DNA of 63,933 bases, filler included, from Chrysochromulina tobinii (Eukaryota), in NCBI GenBank assembly GCA_001275005.1. It is 6 parts of 6 records of this genome, joined end to end, with 100 filler letters (N's around TTAATTAATTAA, not from the genome) between each part and the next. Parts side by side here need not be neighbours in the genome. Positions count along the whole stretch, not along the records: positions 31,109 to 44,032 come from JWZX01001004.1; positions 44,133 to 55,298 come from JWZX01001005.1; 4 more parts are not named here. One strand, 5' to 3'. The notes below the pieces were generated by a model. It saw only the letters and a program-made list of their open reading frames with translations, searched no databases and was not told the origin of the DNA. Positions 36,617 through 47,685 of this stretch are shown here, one piece after another. Made by a program: the position numbers and the translations under genes. How positions within the stretch are numbered: position 1 is the stretch's first letter; each line of letters opens with the position of its first letter.

Positions 36617-37600
36617 TCACAGCCCAAAGGCGCGCTGGATCTTGAGCCGGAACACTGTGGGGATCTCGGCGGGCAGAGCATTCGACTGGGCCAGCAGGAA
36701 GACGTCGTCGACGCACCTGATGAGCGAGGCAATCAAACGTCTTCCGATAGATGAGGGAGGCAATCAGACGCCATCAGACGCCAGCAGGAAGACGTCGTCG
36801 ACGCACCGGCATCCATACGCGAGGACCTGCAGCGACGCAATCAGACGCAAGCAGACGCAAGCAGACGCAATCAGACGTACCGGCATCCATCCGACGAGAG
36901 GAACTGCAGCGCGGCGTACGCGTCGGTGGCGGAGAGCCCGGCGGCTTGCTGCAGCCACCCAGCGACCGCGTCGAGCTCCGGTCCAGCCTGGGCGGGTGCG
37001 GGGGGCGCCGAGTCGCGCGTACGCCCCAAGGCGCGCTGTGCCGGGCCCCTCTGCACCGCCTTTGGAGGGAAGGTGAAGCACGAGATCTGAGGCTGGTACG
37101 AGGACTTGGAGTCGCGAAAGGTCTGCGAGAGGGCGGGATTGGGGCTGCTGAGGGAGGGGCAGGGGCTCGGAGGACGGACGCCGCGCCAGTCACGGGGGAA
37201 TGCGCACCTCCACATCGTGGTCATAGTAGACGGGCTTCGTCGCCGCAGCTTGGTAGGCGATCGGCGGCACCCACTCGACGGGTGGAGGCGGCACCGGCTG
37301 CTGCTGCTGCTTATACAGCGGCGGCTGCCGTTTGATTGCCTGTGGGCCCGACCACACATTGAGCTCCGTCTGATGCGTCGACTTGCGGTCCCGGAAGCTC
37401 TATGGCGCGAAAGCGAGTCGACCGCGAGCCGTGAGCCTTTCGGTGGGTGGCGCGAGGCGTTCGTGTGCTGTGCGCCTTGTGCGCGCACACCTCGTGGTCG
37501 TGGTCGTAGTACACCGGCACGGGTGCTGCCGCGCGCATGCCGGGCACCTGCGGCATCGGCCTGGCAAGCGCCGGAGCGACAGCCACAATGAAGGCAAGCA
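36617..37600 (-). CDS. hypothetical protein with SAM-like C-terminus; intron 36717-36880; 5' structure uncertain
   Basis: VAGWLQQAAGL..GCR|CVDDVFLL..IPTVFRLKIQRAF after splicing. Confidence 0.4.
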
Positions 37601-37922
37601 TTTTTCGAAGATTCCCGATTGGAAGTCCGCAACGCGTCGTTATGAGTTTTGAGGCTGCAGGCTCCGAAATTAACGCTCGGCTGACTCTGTCGAAGGCAAG
37701 TGTGTGGAGCATCCTCTTCGCCAAAATGACTGCTGACACCACGCACCCGCGCCTCGGAACGGAAAGATCTTTCTTACTGCACAACTGCAGGTGCCCACGC
37801 AAATGAAACAAATGAAAAGCCTCAACGGAACGGAAAGATCTTTCTTACTGCAGGTGCCCACGCAAGGCCAACTGAGCAGTAAAGTGGGGGAATCTAGCAA
37901 ATGAAACAAATGAAAATGCTTT

Positions 37923-39800
37923 TCATGAACGGTTCGCCTGCTTGAGCCGCACACGGCTCAGAAGGCTGCCCAGGCACGCTTGCATCGCCTCACACAAGGC
38001 CGCCAGCGGAGCCTCGCCATGAGTCACGCCGCTGCTCTGCGGCTGCTTGGCTGCGCTCAAGAGGGAAGGAGCATACTCGCCCGTACCTGTGGGGAGCGAG
38101 GCGCCGTGGTGAGCGCTTGCTTGCACTCAAGAGGGAAGGAGCATACTCGCCCGTACCGGTCGCATACTGCCACGCGTTGAAGGCCGAGTTGGCCGCCCGG
38201 TACTTGAGCTTCTGGAGCGCCTCGGAGAGCAGCCGTACCATCTTTTGACGCTGCCACGTGTACTCCTCCCATGAGTGGAAGCCTCCGGCGAGCTTGCGAT
38301 GCAGCATGTGGCCCATGCTAGCCTGCAGCAGTTGCATGTGCCTGGCGCGGCTCTCGGCGAACAAGAGCCACGAGTTCCACCCCTTGGCCAGTTGCTGCTG
38401 GGGCAGTCGCTTCAGCGCCTGGCGGCCGATTTCGTCGATTCGCTCCGCACGCTCCTTGCGTGCGCGGCTGCTGTCGCTCATCTCGCCCTCGGGGCTGCTC
38501 GGGGGAGATTCAATCTCGGTTTGGGCGAGATCGCACGGCGTGCCGGGCTCGGCGGTGCCTTCGAGCGCGGCGTACTGCTGGCGCACGACCCTCGCCTTCG
38601 TGGCAGCCTTTGCGCGGCATCGCTTCATGCTCGTAATCAGGGCATCGCGCTCGTGCCGTAGCTCATCGCCCTTCTTCTGCATCGCTTTGAGAGCTACACT
38701 GCATTCCTTGGCGTCGAGCCTGCCGCTGCCGTCCGCGTCGATCACGTGAAAGAGCTCAGCGGCCTGCATGTGCGCGGAGGAGTCGAGTAACAGCCCACTG
38801 ACCATATTTAGAAAGTCGCCCTCGGTGAGCCCTTCCGAGCTGCTCGCAAACTGGCCCACAAAGTCCGCCGCCTTGATGCGCCGGCGCGTGCAAGCGATGC
38901 CGAGCTGCACCTCCAGATCCGCCTCCATCTCGCGCTTCTGTTTCGTGAGCTCCGCCTCCCGCCGATCGGCCTCCTCTTCAAACCTGATGAGCGAGGCAAT
39001 CAGACGCCTTTCGATAGATGAGCGAGGCAATCAGACGCAATCAGACGCGATCGGCCTCCTCTTCAAACCTCTCTCCTTCGGCCGCGTGGATGGCGAGCTC
39101 GCGTAGCTTGGTGGCTTTGACGGCGAGCCTCGCGCGCACCTGTGGGGAGAGGGGAGGGCGCCGTGGTGAGCACTTGCATGCATAGCTTGGTGGCTTTGAC
39201 GGCGAGCCTCGCGCGCACCTCAGCCTTGGACAGGTTGATCGCGCAGCCGACTGCCTTCAAGTCGACTAGGATCGTCTTGAGCTCGATCGAGCTCAGCATG
39301 CCCGACTTGCCCTTGTCGTACGTGTCGAAGAACGCGTCAATCTCCTTGGTCTCGAGATCGAACGGCTCCTGCGGCCGATACTTGGCGAAGAGCGCTTTGA
39401 TCCGCATCCGAAACTCGGTCTTCAGCACGCTGCCGCTGTTTGTTGGGTCCCACGCCCGGAGCTGTGCCGGCACATCGACATTCGCTTCAGCCAGAAGCTC
39501 CCGCAGCCTCTCCGCCGCCCCCTGCTTGTGAGGCTTCTTGTCGCCCTCCAGCGCTTCGGCCTCGGCTATGAGCTGGCTCGAAGTCAGCCTCGTGAACTCC
39601 GTGAGTGCAGGCGCAGCCTTGCACACGTTCTGGAGCCCGGCGAACGTGCCTCGGATGGCAACCGCAGCTGGTGGAGAGTAGAGGCCCAAGGGGGCTTCAC
39701 CTTGCGGCCAGAAAGAGCGCAGCCTGGAAGATTTGATAAAGAAGCGCGAGGTCTGGCGCGGCGTCCAGATGTGGGGGGCGGCTGCAGTCGGCGACGGCAT
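37923..39800 (-). CDS. EF-hand/coiled-coil protein; introns 39140-39218, 38984-39068, 38087-38156
   Basis: EF-hand loops DPTNSGSVLKTE, DKGKSGMLSSIE and DADGSGRLDAKE; intron removal restores one frame. Confidence 0.82.
38984..39068 (-). mobile_element. candidate intron-generating insertion, family A (type example)
   Basis: perfect 23-nt direct repeats (38963-38985, 39048-39070) flank CTGAT-repeat filler ending CTGATTGCCTCGCTCATCAG; related ends occur in more than 10 introns. Confidence 0.65.
39140..39218 (-). mobile_element. candidate intron-generating insertion, family B (type example)
   Basis: perfect 38-nt direct repeats (39104-39141, 39183-39220) flank a 41-nt GCATGCAAGTGCTCACCACGGCGCC..CCCCAC module that recurs at 5724, 34666 and 38087. 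Confidence 0.65.
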
Positions 39801-39915
39801 TCGCGGATGCGCCGAAGAAAGCAGTGCAGAGCAGAGCGGGGAGCGGTGACCGAAGGAACTTGTTGTTCCCCGTCGTGAGTACGGACAGGGAGCAGCTCGC
39901 GCACGGCCGTCACAG

Positions 39916-40701
39916 GAAATTGGAAAGTTCAACCTTTTCCGATATGTTTCCTTCTAGTCCAAAAATAGAAATGTTCGTTGGCATCGCAAGCGACGCTTCT
40001 TCAGCCATCCCCGCTCCAACTAAAGGAGACGACATGGGGCTAGACGTGCAGCCATGCACCAAGGAGCACGGCCATGCGCATGGTGCGCCCAAGTTTCGAA
40101 ACTTGCCAGGCGCCGTGTCGGCCGGTACGAATACGGCCGAACGAGAGCAGCAGCGTGGGTAAGGGCGGAAGGTGCCCTTGGGAGCGCTGTGGGCGCCGAC
40201 ACGGCAAGTCTGCCGAAAGCAGCAAGTTCGGGGAAACTTGCGGAGCGCGTATATCGCCCGCGAGGGCGAGGGGGGGGCGCGAACGGCGCGGCCTGTACAG
40301 GTGTGGGTGGGTGGGGAAGCAAGCGGCGCGTACGAGCCGACGGCTCGCCAGCGCACTTGCTCTGATCCCGTGCGCGATGCGTAGACGCCGTACGGCGCCG
40401 TTGCTCGCTCCCCTGCGCGCGCGCCATGGGTTTGAGCGGGGCCGCGGCTCCGCGATCACAGCGTACAATCGCACCCACCATGGGTGCGATTGTACAAATG
40501 CCTGAGGGGAGAGTGTGTGAATGAGCTTCAGAGGGAGGCCCGTCAGAAGTAGTTTAGCTACGCGGTAGCTGCACTGTCGAAATTGGAAAGTTCAACCTTT
40601 TCCGATATGTTTCCTTCTAGTCCAAAAATAGAAATGTTCGTTGGCATCGCAAGCGACGCTTCTTCAGCCATCCCCGCTCCAACTAAAGGAGACGACATGG
40701 G
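39916..40701. repeat. 123-bp direct repeat (39916-40038 and 40579-40701)
   Basis: two identical, comparatively AT-rich copies 540 bp apart. Confidence 0.9.
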
Positions 40702-43276
40702 CAAGCGCCGCCGCCGCCCCGCGCCGCCCACGACCAGAGGCTCCATGACCAGCTCCACGACCAGCTCCACGACCACCTCCTTCATGTGCGTCCACAGCTT
40801 CATGTGCTCCTTCCGCCTCCGCAGCAGCCTCCGCAGCAGGCCCTTCGCAAGCCGCAACAGCTGGCTGCTCGTAGTACACGTCCACGTAATAGGCAGGGCA
40901 ATCCGCGCCTGCCTCCACGTGGCACCGTACCTGATGAGGGAGGCCATCGGGGGCCATCGGAGGCAATCCATGCCTGCCTCCACGTGGCACCGCACCACCT
41001 CGAGCGTCGAGGGGTAATCAGAGGTGATCATAGGTAATCATAGGTCATCAGAGGCACCGTACCTCGAGCGTCGAGCCGCCCGCCAGCCAGAGCGCTGTCT
41101 CGAGCAGGCGCACGTACCTAATATGGCAAGAGCAGTGGCACTCAAGAGAGAGGCGCGAGAGCGCCGTCTTGAGCGGCCCCACGTACGAGCACTCCCAGGC
41201 TGTGCAATCAGTTGCAATCAGTTGCAATCAGGTTTATTTACGAGCACTCCCAGGTTGTGTCCTGCGCACGCGCATGCATCGAACGGGGCCCAACCGTTGA
41301 GGGAGATCGGTGGGAGATCGGAGGCAATCAGAGGAGATCGGAGGGAGATCGGTGGGAGATCGGAGGCCGAACCAGTGGCAATCAGAGGCAACCTCACCTG
41401 CGCGTAGGCATCGAGCGTGCACGAGGCGTCGAGGTCGATACATAAGTGCAGGTGCAGACCATCAAAATAGCTCCCCTCGGCACCAACTGCCATCAGACGC
41501 AACAACCAGCAGACGCAATCAGAGGCAATCAGACGCACTCGAACGCACTCGAGCGCGACCATCTGACGCAATCAGAGGCCACTCAGGGCCAATCAGACGC
41601 AATCGGAGGTCATTAAGAGGCCATCCTGAGGCCAATCCGAGACAATTACCCACGAAGCGGCACGTGCGCTGCTGCTGGCTCGGCAATCCGATCGCAATCT
41701 CCGGCGCGTCGAACGTATACGTCTCGAACGGTTGGGGCGGCGCGATCATGTACGACGCGGGCAGCCGCTTGAGATGGTACATGCATCCGGCGGCCGCGGG
41801 GCACTCCATCGCCCTGATGAGGGAGGCAATCAGACGCCATGAGAGCATGCACTCAAAACCAGCCAGCCATTCGACCGCGTGCGTCCGTTTCCACACCGGA
41901 CTGTGCCGACGGCGTCCGGGGGTAATCAGAGGTAATCAGAGGTAATCAGAGGTAATCACACCGGACTGTGCCGACGGCGTCCGGGGGTAATCAGAGGTAA
42001 TCAGAGGTAATCAGAGGTAATCACACCGGACTGTGCCGACGGCGTCCGGGGGTAATCAGAGGTAATCAGAGGTAATCAGAGGTAATCAGAGGTAATCACA
42101 CCGGACTGTGCCGACGGCGTCCGGGGGTAAAGGACGGGTAGGTGCTGTGAGCGATGAGGGACGATGAGGGGCGGTGAGGGGTGATGAGGGACGATGAGGG
42201 ATGATGAGGGACGATGAGGGATGATGAGGGACGATGAGGGACGATGAGGGACGGTGAGGGACCCTCATACGAAGCAACTCAATCGCTCTCACCGACCATC
42301 GTCCGCGCCGCGCGAGGCACAAATTGGCAATTGGGGACCAGCAGACCGGCGCGTGTACGCAGCTCGCGGAGAGCTTTGACGACGCCTTCGGCTGAGGCGA
42401 GGTGCCCGAGGATTTCGTGCACTACAAGCTGCCAAATTAGGAAGGTGTCACGATTAGGACGAGGCGATGTGCTCGAGGATCTCGGGCTGTGGGGACTCAA
42501 GCTGTGGGATCCCCAAGTAATCCGTCCCAATCAGCGCTCGTCACGCACCTCAATCTGACCGGGCAGCGCCGTTGTCGAAGAGAGGCCCTGGTATAGGGCG
42601 ATCGTGCGGCCATCGCGGGCGCCAGTCGCAAGGGCGACGCAGCCTGCGGACACGCCCGGCTGCCCAACCGGCGCCGGGCACGCGAGCTCAAAGTCGTCGA
42701 GCTGCGCGCCCAGAAAGGCGAGCTGCCCGAGGAACTGAGAGCACTCCTCATCGAGGGCACCGTCGACGACAGTCCAACCATATTTGGAACGTCTTGAGGG
42801 CGCTTCGGAGCGCGCCTCGCGCTTGAGGATCTCAAGGGCGAGCGTGACCGAACGGCTCGAGTGCTCGACGCAAGCAACGAAGCTCGCGCCGCAGCGTTGC
42901 GCGATGCGCGCGAGCACCATGAACGGACCGGTGCCCACGTCCAGAACACGCCGGCCAGGCGCGGCGCGCTCCAGGGCCTCGGTGAAGGCTGCCAGCCGAG
43001 GCACGTCGGAAATGAGGCTGTGGTGTGCGCCGGCCGTGTACTGCTGATTCTTGGCCGAGACGGAGCAGCCCCAGCGAGGCACCTCGCGCAGGTCCAATCG
43101 CATGTTTTTTTGTCTTTGGGTTGCCCCGACAGGCGGTCCGGCGGCCCCCCCTCGTGTCCTTTTCCTGGATTATCTCCGGTGATGGGATGGCTTCTCCGTA
43201 CCTGCAGTGCCCGAGTGTAATTTGGGTCCATTTTTGCAACGACACACACACGGAACACCGCCCTCTTGGAAGCCAT
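40558..43276 (-). CDS. protein arginine methyltransferase-like SAM-dependent methyltransferase, multi-intron; boundaries uncertain
   Basis: HHSLISDVPRLAAF, VLDVGTG, ACVE, VVHEILGHLASAEG, FDGLHLH. Confidence 0.65.
41892..42130. repeat. compound tandem repeat in an intron: 31-nt exon-junction copy alternating with (TAATCAGAGG)n, 4 copies
   Basis: cacaccggactgtgccgacggcgtccggggg occurs four times. Confidence 0.9.
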
Positions 43277-43341
43277 TTATGTTGCAATGATAATACACCA
43301 AGCGTTCAAGTAGCAACGAAACACCTTTCGAGCACTATAAC

Positions 43342-43427
43342 CCCCCGATAGCTCAGTTGGCAGAGCGGAGGACTGTAGATGGTTTCAGCATATCCTTAGG
43401 TCTCGTGTTCGACTCACGGTTGGGGGA
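43342..43427 (+). tRNA. tRNA-Tyr(GTA) with a 13-nt intron (43379-43391)
   Basis: cloverleaf: CCCCCGA/TTGGGGG acceptor stem, GCTC/GAGC D-arm, GAGGA-CT-GTA, TTCGACT T-loop; T6 Pol III terminator at 43432-43437. Confidence 0.95.
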
Positions 43428-43471
43428 TTACTTTTTTCAAGCTCTCTCGGCTTCTTCCACGGCTCTAATCC

Positions 43472-44032
43472 TCAGATCCATTTCCTGTAAAGTTGGCACT
43501 CGCGAGTTCGCCTCTCGAGCCTTTCGAGCGCGAACTCCGTCGGAAACACCAGGCCCATCGCCAGCTCTCGCTCAACGGGTGGCTGCAGCGTTCCATGCAG
43601 AGGAAGCCGAGGCGCAGGCTGCATCGCCACACTCTCCTCTTCTTCCGCCCTGAAAGCAGCGAGTTGAGCTTCCATCATTGCATCATCTTCCTCTGGGTGC
43701 AGTGCAACCGATGCAGCGCCTCCAGCACGTGGCAGCGCACCGCCGTCTGCAGGAGCGCGGCGGCCCATGAGTCGAAGCCCTTGCTGCCGCAGCCACCGAA
43801 ACCGCGCTTGGAAAGGTACGTGATGAAGCGTCGGACGTCCTCGTTCACGTTCACCAGCACTGAGAGCAAGAGCTTGGCGGAGCTCCTCCTCTGCTGCTGC
43901 GGCCTCGAGCGAAAAGGCAATTTTTGCTCGGAGGTCGTCATCCATGTCATCTCCGAGAACGTCAGCAACTCGGGCGGCAGCGGCCGGCGGCGGCGGCGGC
44001 GGTGGCGGCGCCGGCGCCGGCGCCGGCGGCGG
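43472..44032 (-). CDS. partial hypothetical protein with UIM-like helices after a proline-rich stretch
   Basis: DDDLRAKIAFSLE, EEELRQALALSAGE; ORF runs into the gap. Confidence 0.45.
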   Translation of the reverse strand, partial: PPPAPAPAPPPPPPPPAAAARVADVLGDDMDDDLRAKIAFSLEAAAAEEELRQALALSAGERERGRPTLHHVPFQARFRWLRQQGLRLMGRRAPADGGALPRAGGAASVALHPEEDDAMMEAQLAAFRAEEEESVAMQPAPRLPLHGTLQPPVERELAMGLVFPTEFALERLERRTRECQLYRKWI

Positions 44033-44132
44033 NNNNNNNNNNNNNNNNNNNNNNNNNNNNNNNNNNNNNNNNNNNNTTAATTAATTAANNNNNNNNNNNN
44101 NNNNNNNNNNNNNNNNNNNNNNNNNNNNNNNN
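44033..44132. other. artificial contig linker
   Basis: 100 nt N spacer with TTAATTAATTAA. Confidence 0.95.
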
Positions 44133-45378
44133 CTATTCTCTCGTTTCGCTCTGCTTTACGGCCTTCTTTTGTCTCGTGGAGCTGATGGAGCTGCGGGCGG
44201 GAATCTTGACCTACTTCAGCGACATGTGGAACCTGATGGATTGGGCCAACTATGGCATCATCTTTATCGCGTGGTTCGATATTGGCGATTACATTGATCT
44301 TGCGAGATCCTCCGCGACCGCATGCAGCTCGACGCTCTGCAAGCGCGTGGGCTATCAAGACCACTGGGAGGTGATGGCGGTCAACAGCGATGCCAAGTCG
44401 TACCTGTCGCTCTGCGTGTGCATCCAGCTGCTCAAGGTGATCAAGTTCAGTGCGATGGCCGTCCCCAAGATGGATCTGGCGCCCAAGGTGCTCAAGAAGG
44501 CGCTACCCGACCTCATCTTCTTTGGGATCGTCTTTGGGATCTCGCTGCTCGCCTTCTCGATGATGTTCTACGTGACGCTCGGCCCCGTGATGAGCGAGTA
44601 CTCGAGCCAGGTGGCCTCGATAGTCGCGCTGTGTCGGGCGCTCTTCGGCGACTTCGACATCGACGAGATCATCAACAACAGCTCCGGCTACATGAACGCC
44701 ATCCTCTTCATCGGCTACCTCTTCTTCGCCGTCTTCATCCTGCTCTCGATGTTCTTTGCCATCCTTGGCGAGGCGCAGGCCACCGTTCGCGACGAGCAGC
44801 GCGAGGCCAAGCGCGAGGCCACCTCCGCGCCCGAGTACGGCGTCTTCGATGCGGCGTACAAGTCCGCAAGCAAGCTCGCGCGGCGCCTGCCGTTGATTGG
44901 TGCGCAGCTGAAACAGCAGCAGTCCAAAGATGCGGAGATGAAGAGCAACGAGCATGCGGATGCTGCGCCCTCAGCGATGGATCGCGTCGAGGCACGCCAG
45001 CTCGAGCTGGCGGACCAGCTCGCTGCGTTGCGGGATAGCTTCAAGGACGTGGACGACATCAAGCACAGCATCCGGGACGTCCGTGAGATCGCGAAGAGGT
45101 TGCTCAAGCCGCCTGCTTTGAGCAAGGGAAAGGACCGGCCAGAATCGGCGTCGGAATCCTTGAAAATGTACAGGCAAAAATCTCGGAGACACCATCGGAG
45201 ACAGCTCGGAGACACGGACCTTCAGCATCTCGATGGTGACCGCAGCAACACGTGCACACCTCCCAACACGTGCACACCTCCCGGCACCGGCTCAGGCACA
45301 TGCTCAGGCACCGGTTCTCGCGACCCTTACGACCCTGACGGCAAGGGAAGCAAGAAGTCGCAGATGTACTCGTGCTAA
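44133..45378 (+). CDS. polycystin-2/TRPP-like cation channel, C-terminal part
   Basis: YFSDMWNLMD, LLKVIKF, LCRALFGDFD pore region, FILLSMFFAIL and a coiled coil. Confidence 0.88.
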
Positions 45379-45827
45379 GTCGTACAATTTGGTCGCCGCG
45401 GACCCGGATACCCACGGATAGCAACTCACAGCACTGTACTCAGCAGCTGAGTCACTGAGTTGCCGACCTGACATGACGTCGTCGCGTCTGGGTACGTATA
45501 CGCGGGTAGGTGCGTAGACGCACCCCACGCGCCCGCGTTTGCGCACACCAGGGTATGTATACGCAGGTAGGTGCATTTACGCTACATATACGCACCCATA
45601 TACGCGAGCATGGGTGCGTACATATGCGGGTAGTAGATGCGTATTACTATACGCAACAGGTGCTATTCGACACTCGACCTCCCGAAGCCCTAAGGCAAAT
45701 CGCCGTGTACACCAAGGATCCTTCGCACTCGCTCCTGCTGTGAGTGTTTTGGGTGACGAATTTAACCATTGGCTGTGAAATGCTGGTGTGTAATCATACT
45801 GAAGTGACACCAAGGCGACCACACGGC

Positions 45828-47150
45828 ATGGCTCATTCGGCCCTTCTCGAGCTTGCCCAATCGACGGCAGGCACATCCGAGTGGTGCTTCAAAGATGCCA
45901 AGGTTAAGGACGTCTCCACGCTCATCGCACAGCTGCCGGTTGGCATGAGCACGAGGGATGCAGTTGCACTCGTCCAAGCTTCCGCGCCGCACGCTTCGGC
46001 TCGTGAGATTGTTGCTGCGATGCTGGCCAACACAAAGGCTTCGCACGAATCAGCGGAAGCCGCGGCAGCCGCCGCTTGCCCAGTCCAACTTCGAGATGTT
46101 CCAGGCTGTGGTGTGGGTGCCTTCGCCACGCGTGCCTTGAAACGCGGCGAGTGCATACTTGCCGAACTCCCATTGCTCGAATGGCGGCTGGAAGCTGGGC
46201 AGCCGGTGACGAAGGCGAGCCTCGAGGCACGCGTCAGTACGCTCTCTCCCATGGCCGCCGAGCATTTCTTTGCGCTCTGCCAGAACGCCGAGCACGGCGA
46301 CGTCAAGACGGCCTATGGGATCTGGCTGTCGAACGCCTTCCCCACTGACGGTACAAATGCTGGCACGTCTCCAACGCGCGCCGCGGATGCAGGGCGACGA
46401 AGCAGCGCCGTCTACACCACGTACTGCCGCCTCAACCATTCCTGCGTGCCCAACGTGCACGGCGCATGGAATCCGACTCGCCGGCGCCAGACGATGTTTG
46501 CCCTCCGGGACATCGAGCGCGGCGAGCAGTTGCTGGTCTCATATCTCGCGGTGCTCGACCAGCCGCGGGACGCACGCCGAGCTGAGCTCGCCTCGAGCTT
46601 TGGCTTCGAGTGCCGCTGCACCCGGTGCCAGCTGAGCGGCGCATCTCTCGCCCAGTCGGATGCGCGCCAGCGCCGGCTGCTGCAGCTCCGTCACGAGATT
46701 GCGAGCGCCATCAGCGTCGATGGCTTCAGGGCAGAGGTAGCAAGCCTTGTGTGCGAACGGGCTGGCGGTGACAGTGCTAGTGTCGATGGCGGTGGTGGCG
46801 GCGCCGGCGCCGGCGCCGGCGCCGGAGCGAGCAGCGATGAGATCAGCGATCTCGAGAGGTTGCTGGTCCAGGCGTCCGTGTTCCCCTCAGGGCGGCGCGC
46901 GCTGCTCGAGGTGAGCAGGCGCCGTCTTGAGCGAGGCGTCGACCTTCTTGAGGAGCGGCTAGGACTCCTCGAGGCTGAGGGTGACGCCGCCCTAGCATGG
47001 GATACGCTAGACTGCGCGAGCCGACACTGCAAGGGCATGGGCGACGCGGTCCGCGCCAAGCTCTATGGCGCACGCGCGGCACAGTGCGCACGCCTTGCGC
47101 TTGGGACCGATTCGGATGAGTATCGGCGCTTCTCGGCAAGTGCGCGCTGA
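45828..47150 (+). CDS. SET-domain lysine methyltransferase
   Basis: GVGAFATRALKRGE, RLNHSCVPN, DIERGEQLLVSY, post-SET FECRCTRC. Confidence 0.9.
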   Translation: MAHSALLELAQSTAGTSEWCFKDAKVKDVSTLIAQLPVGMSTRDAVALVQASAPHASAREIVAAMLANTKASHESAEAAAAAACPVQLRDVPGCGVGAFATRALKRGECILAELPLLEWRLEAGQPVTKASLEARVSTLSPMAAEHFFALCQNAEHGDVKTAYGIWLSNAFPTDGTNAGTSPTRAADAGRRSSAVYTTYCRLNHSCVPNVHGAWNPTRRRQTMFALRDIERGEQLLVSYLAVLDQPRDARRAELASSFGFECRCTRCQLSGASLAQSDARQRRLLQLRHEIASAISVDGFRAEVASLVCERAGGDSASVDGGGGGAGAGAGAGASSDEISDLERLLVQASVFPSGRRALLEVSRRRLERGVDLLEERLGLLEAEGDAALAWDTLDCASRHCKGMGDAVRAKLYGARAAQCARLALGTDSDEYRRFSASAR

Positions 47151-47685
47151 AGCGTCCGAGAGCGAGAGCGGCGAGTCGCGAGACTGGGAGAGCGAAGACC
47201 GAAGCCCCGACGCCCGAGAGCCGCGTGTACTAGCTACGACGTACTGTTCAGCCGAGCGCCGGGTGGCCGTGTGCACGTCCCAGGCACAAACCCTGGCGTG
47301 GATCATGGCGACGCACGCGAGCGAGCGACGCGAAAGGCGTTCCCGCGCGGCTCTGGATCTACCTGTACCTGCCTCCACCTGTTAGTTCCTACCTGTTCCG
47401 GTGTGTTTTCAAGCTACCAAGCTTCGCGCGCCCGGCGTCGCGGAAACTCGACCTCGGCATATTCCAATATAAAGAATAAACACGACACCCGACATTACTC
47501 AGACCATAGAGTCGAACCACGACCTCAAAAAAACAGTTAAACCCGGGGCCGGGTTGCGCGCGGTGAGTAGAGAATACTTAGTGTACGTGACTCGTGTGGG
47601 CTGCGAGGGTATCAGGGAGGCCGGGCGGGCAGCCGAGCGGGCGCAGACAAGCGCTGCGAGGAGCCCGTGGGTAATGGGGTAGGTC

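Noticed and set aside
37744..37920. Mosaic of short duplicated segments
   Set aside because: Intergenic/3' UTR local duplications with no discernible function or element structure.
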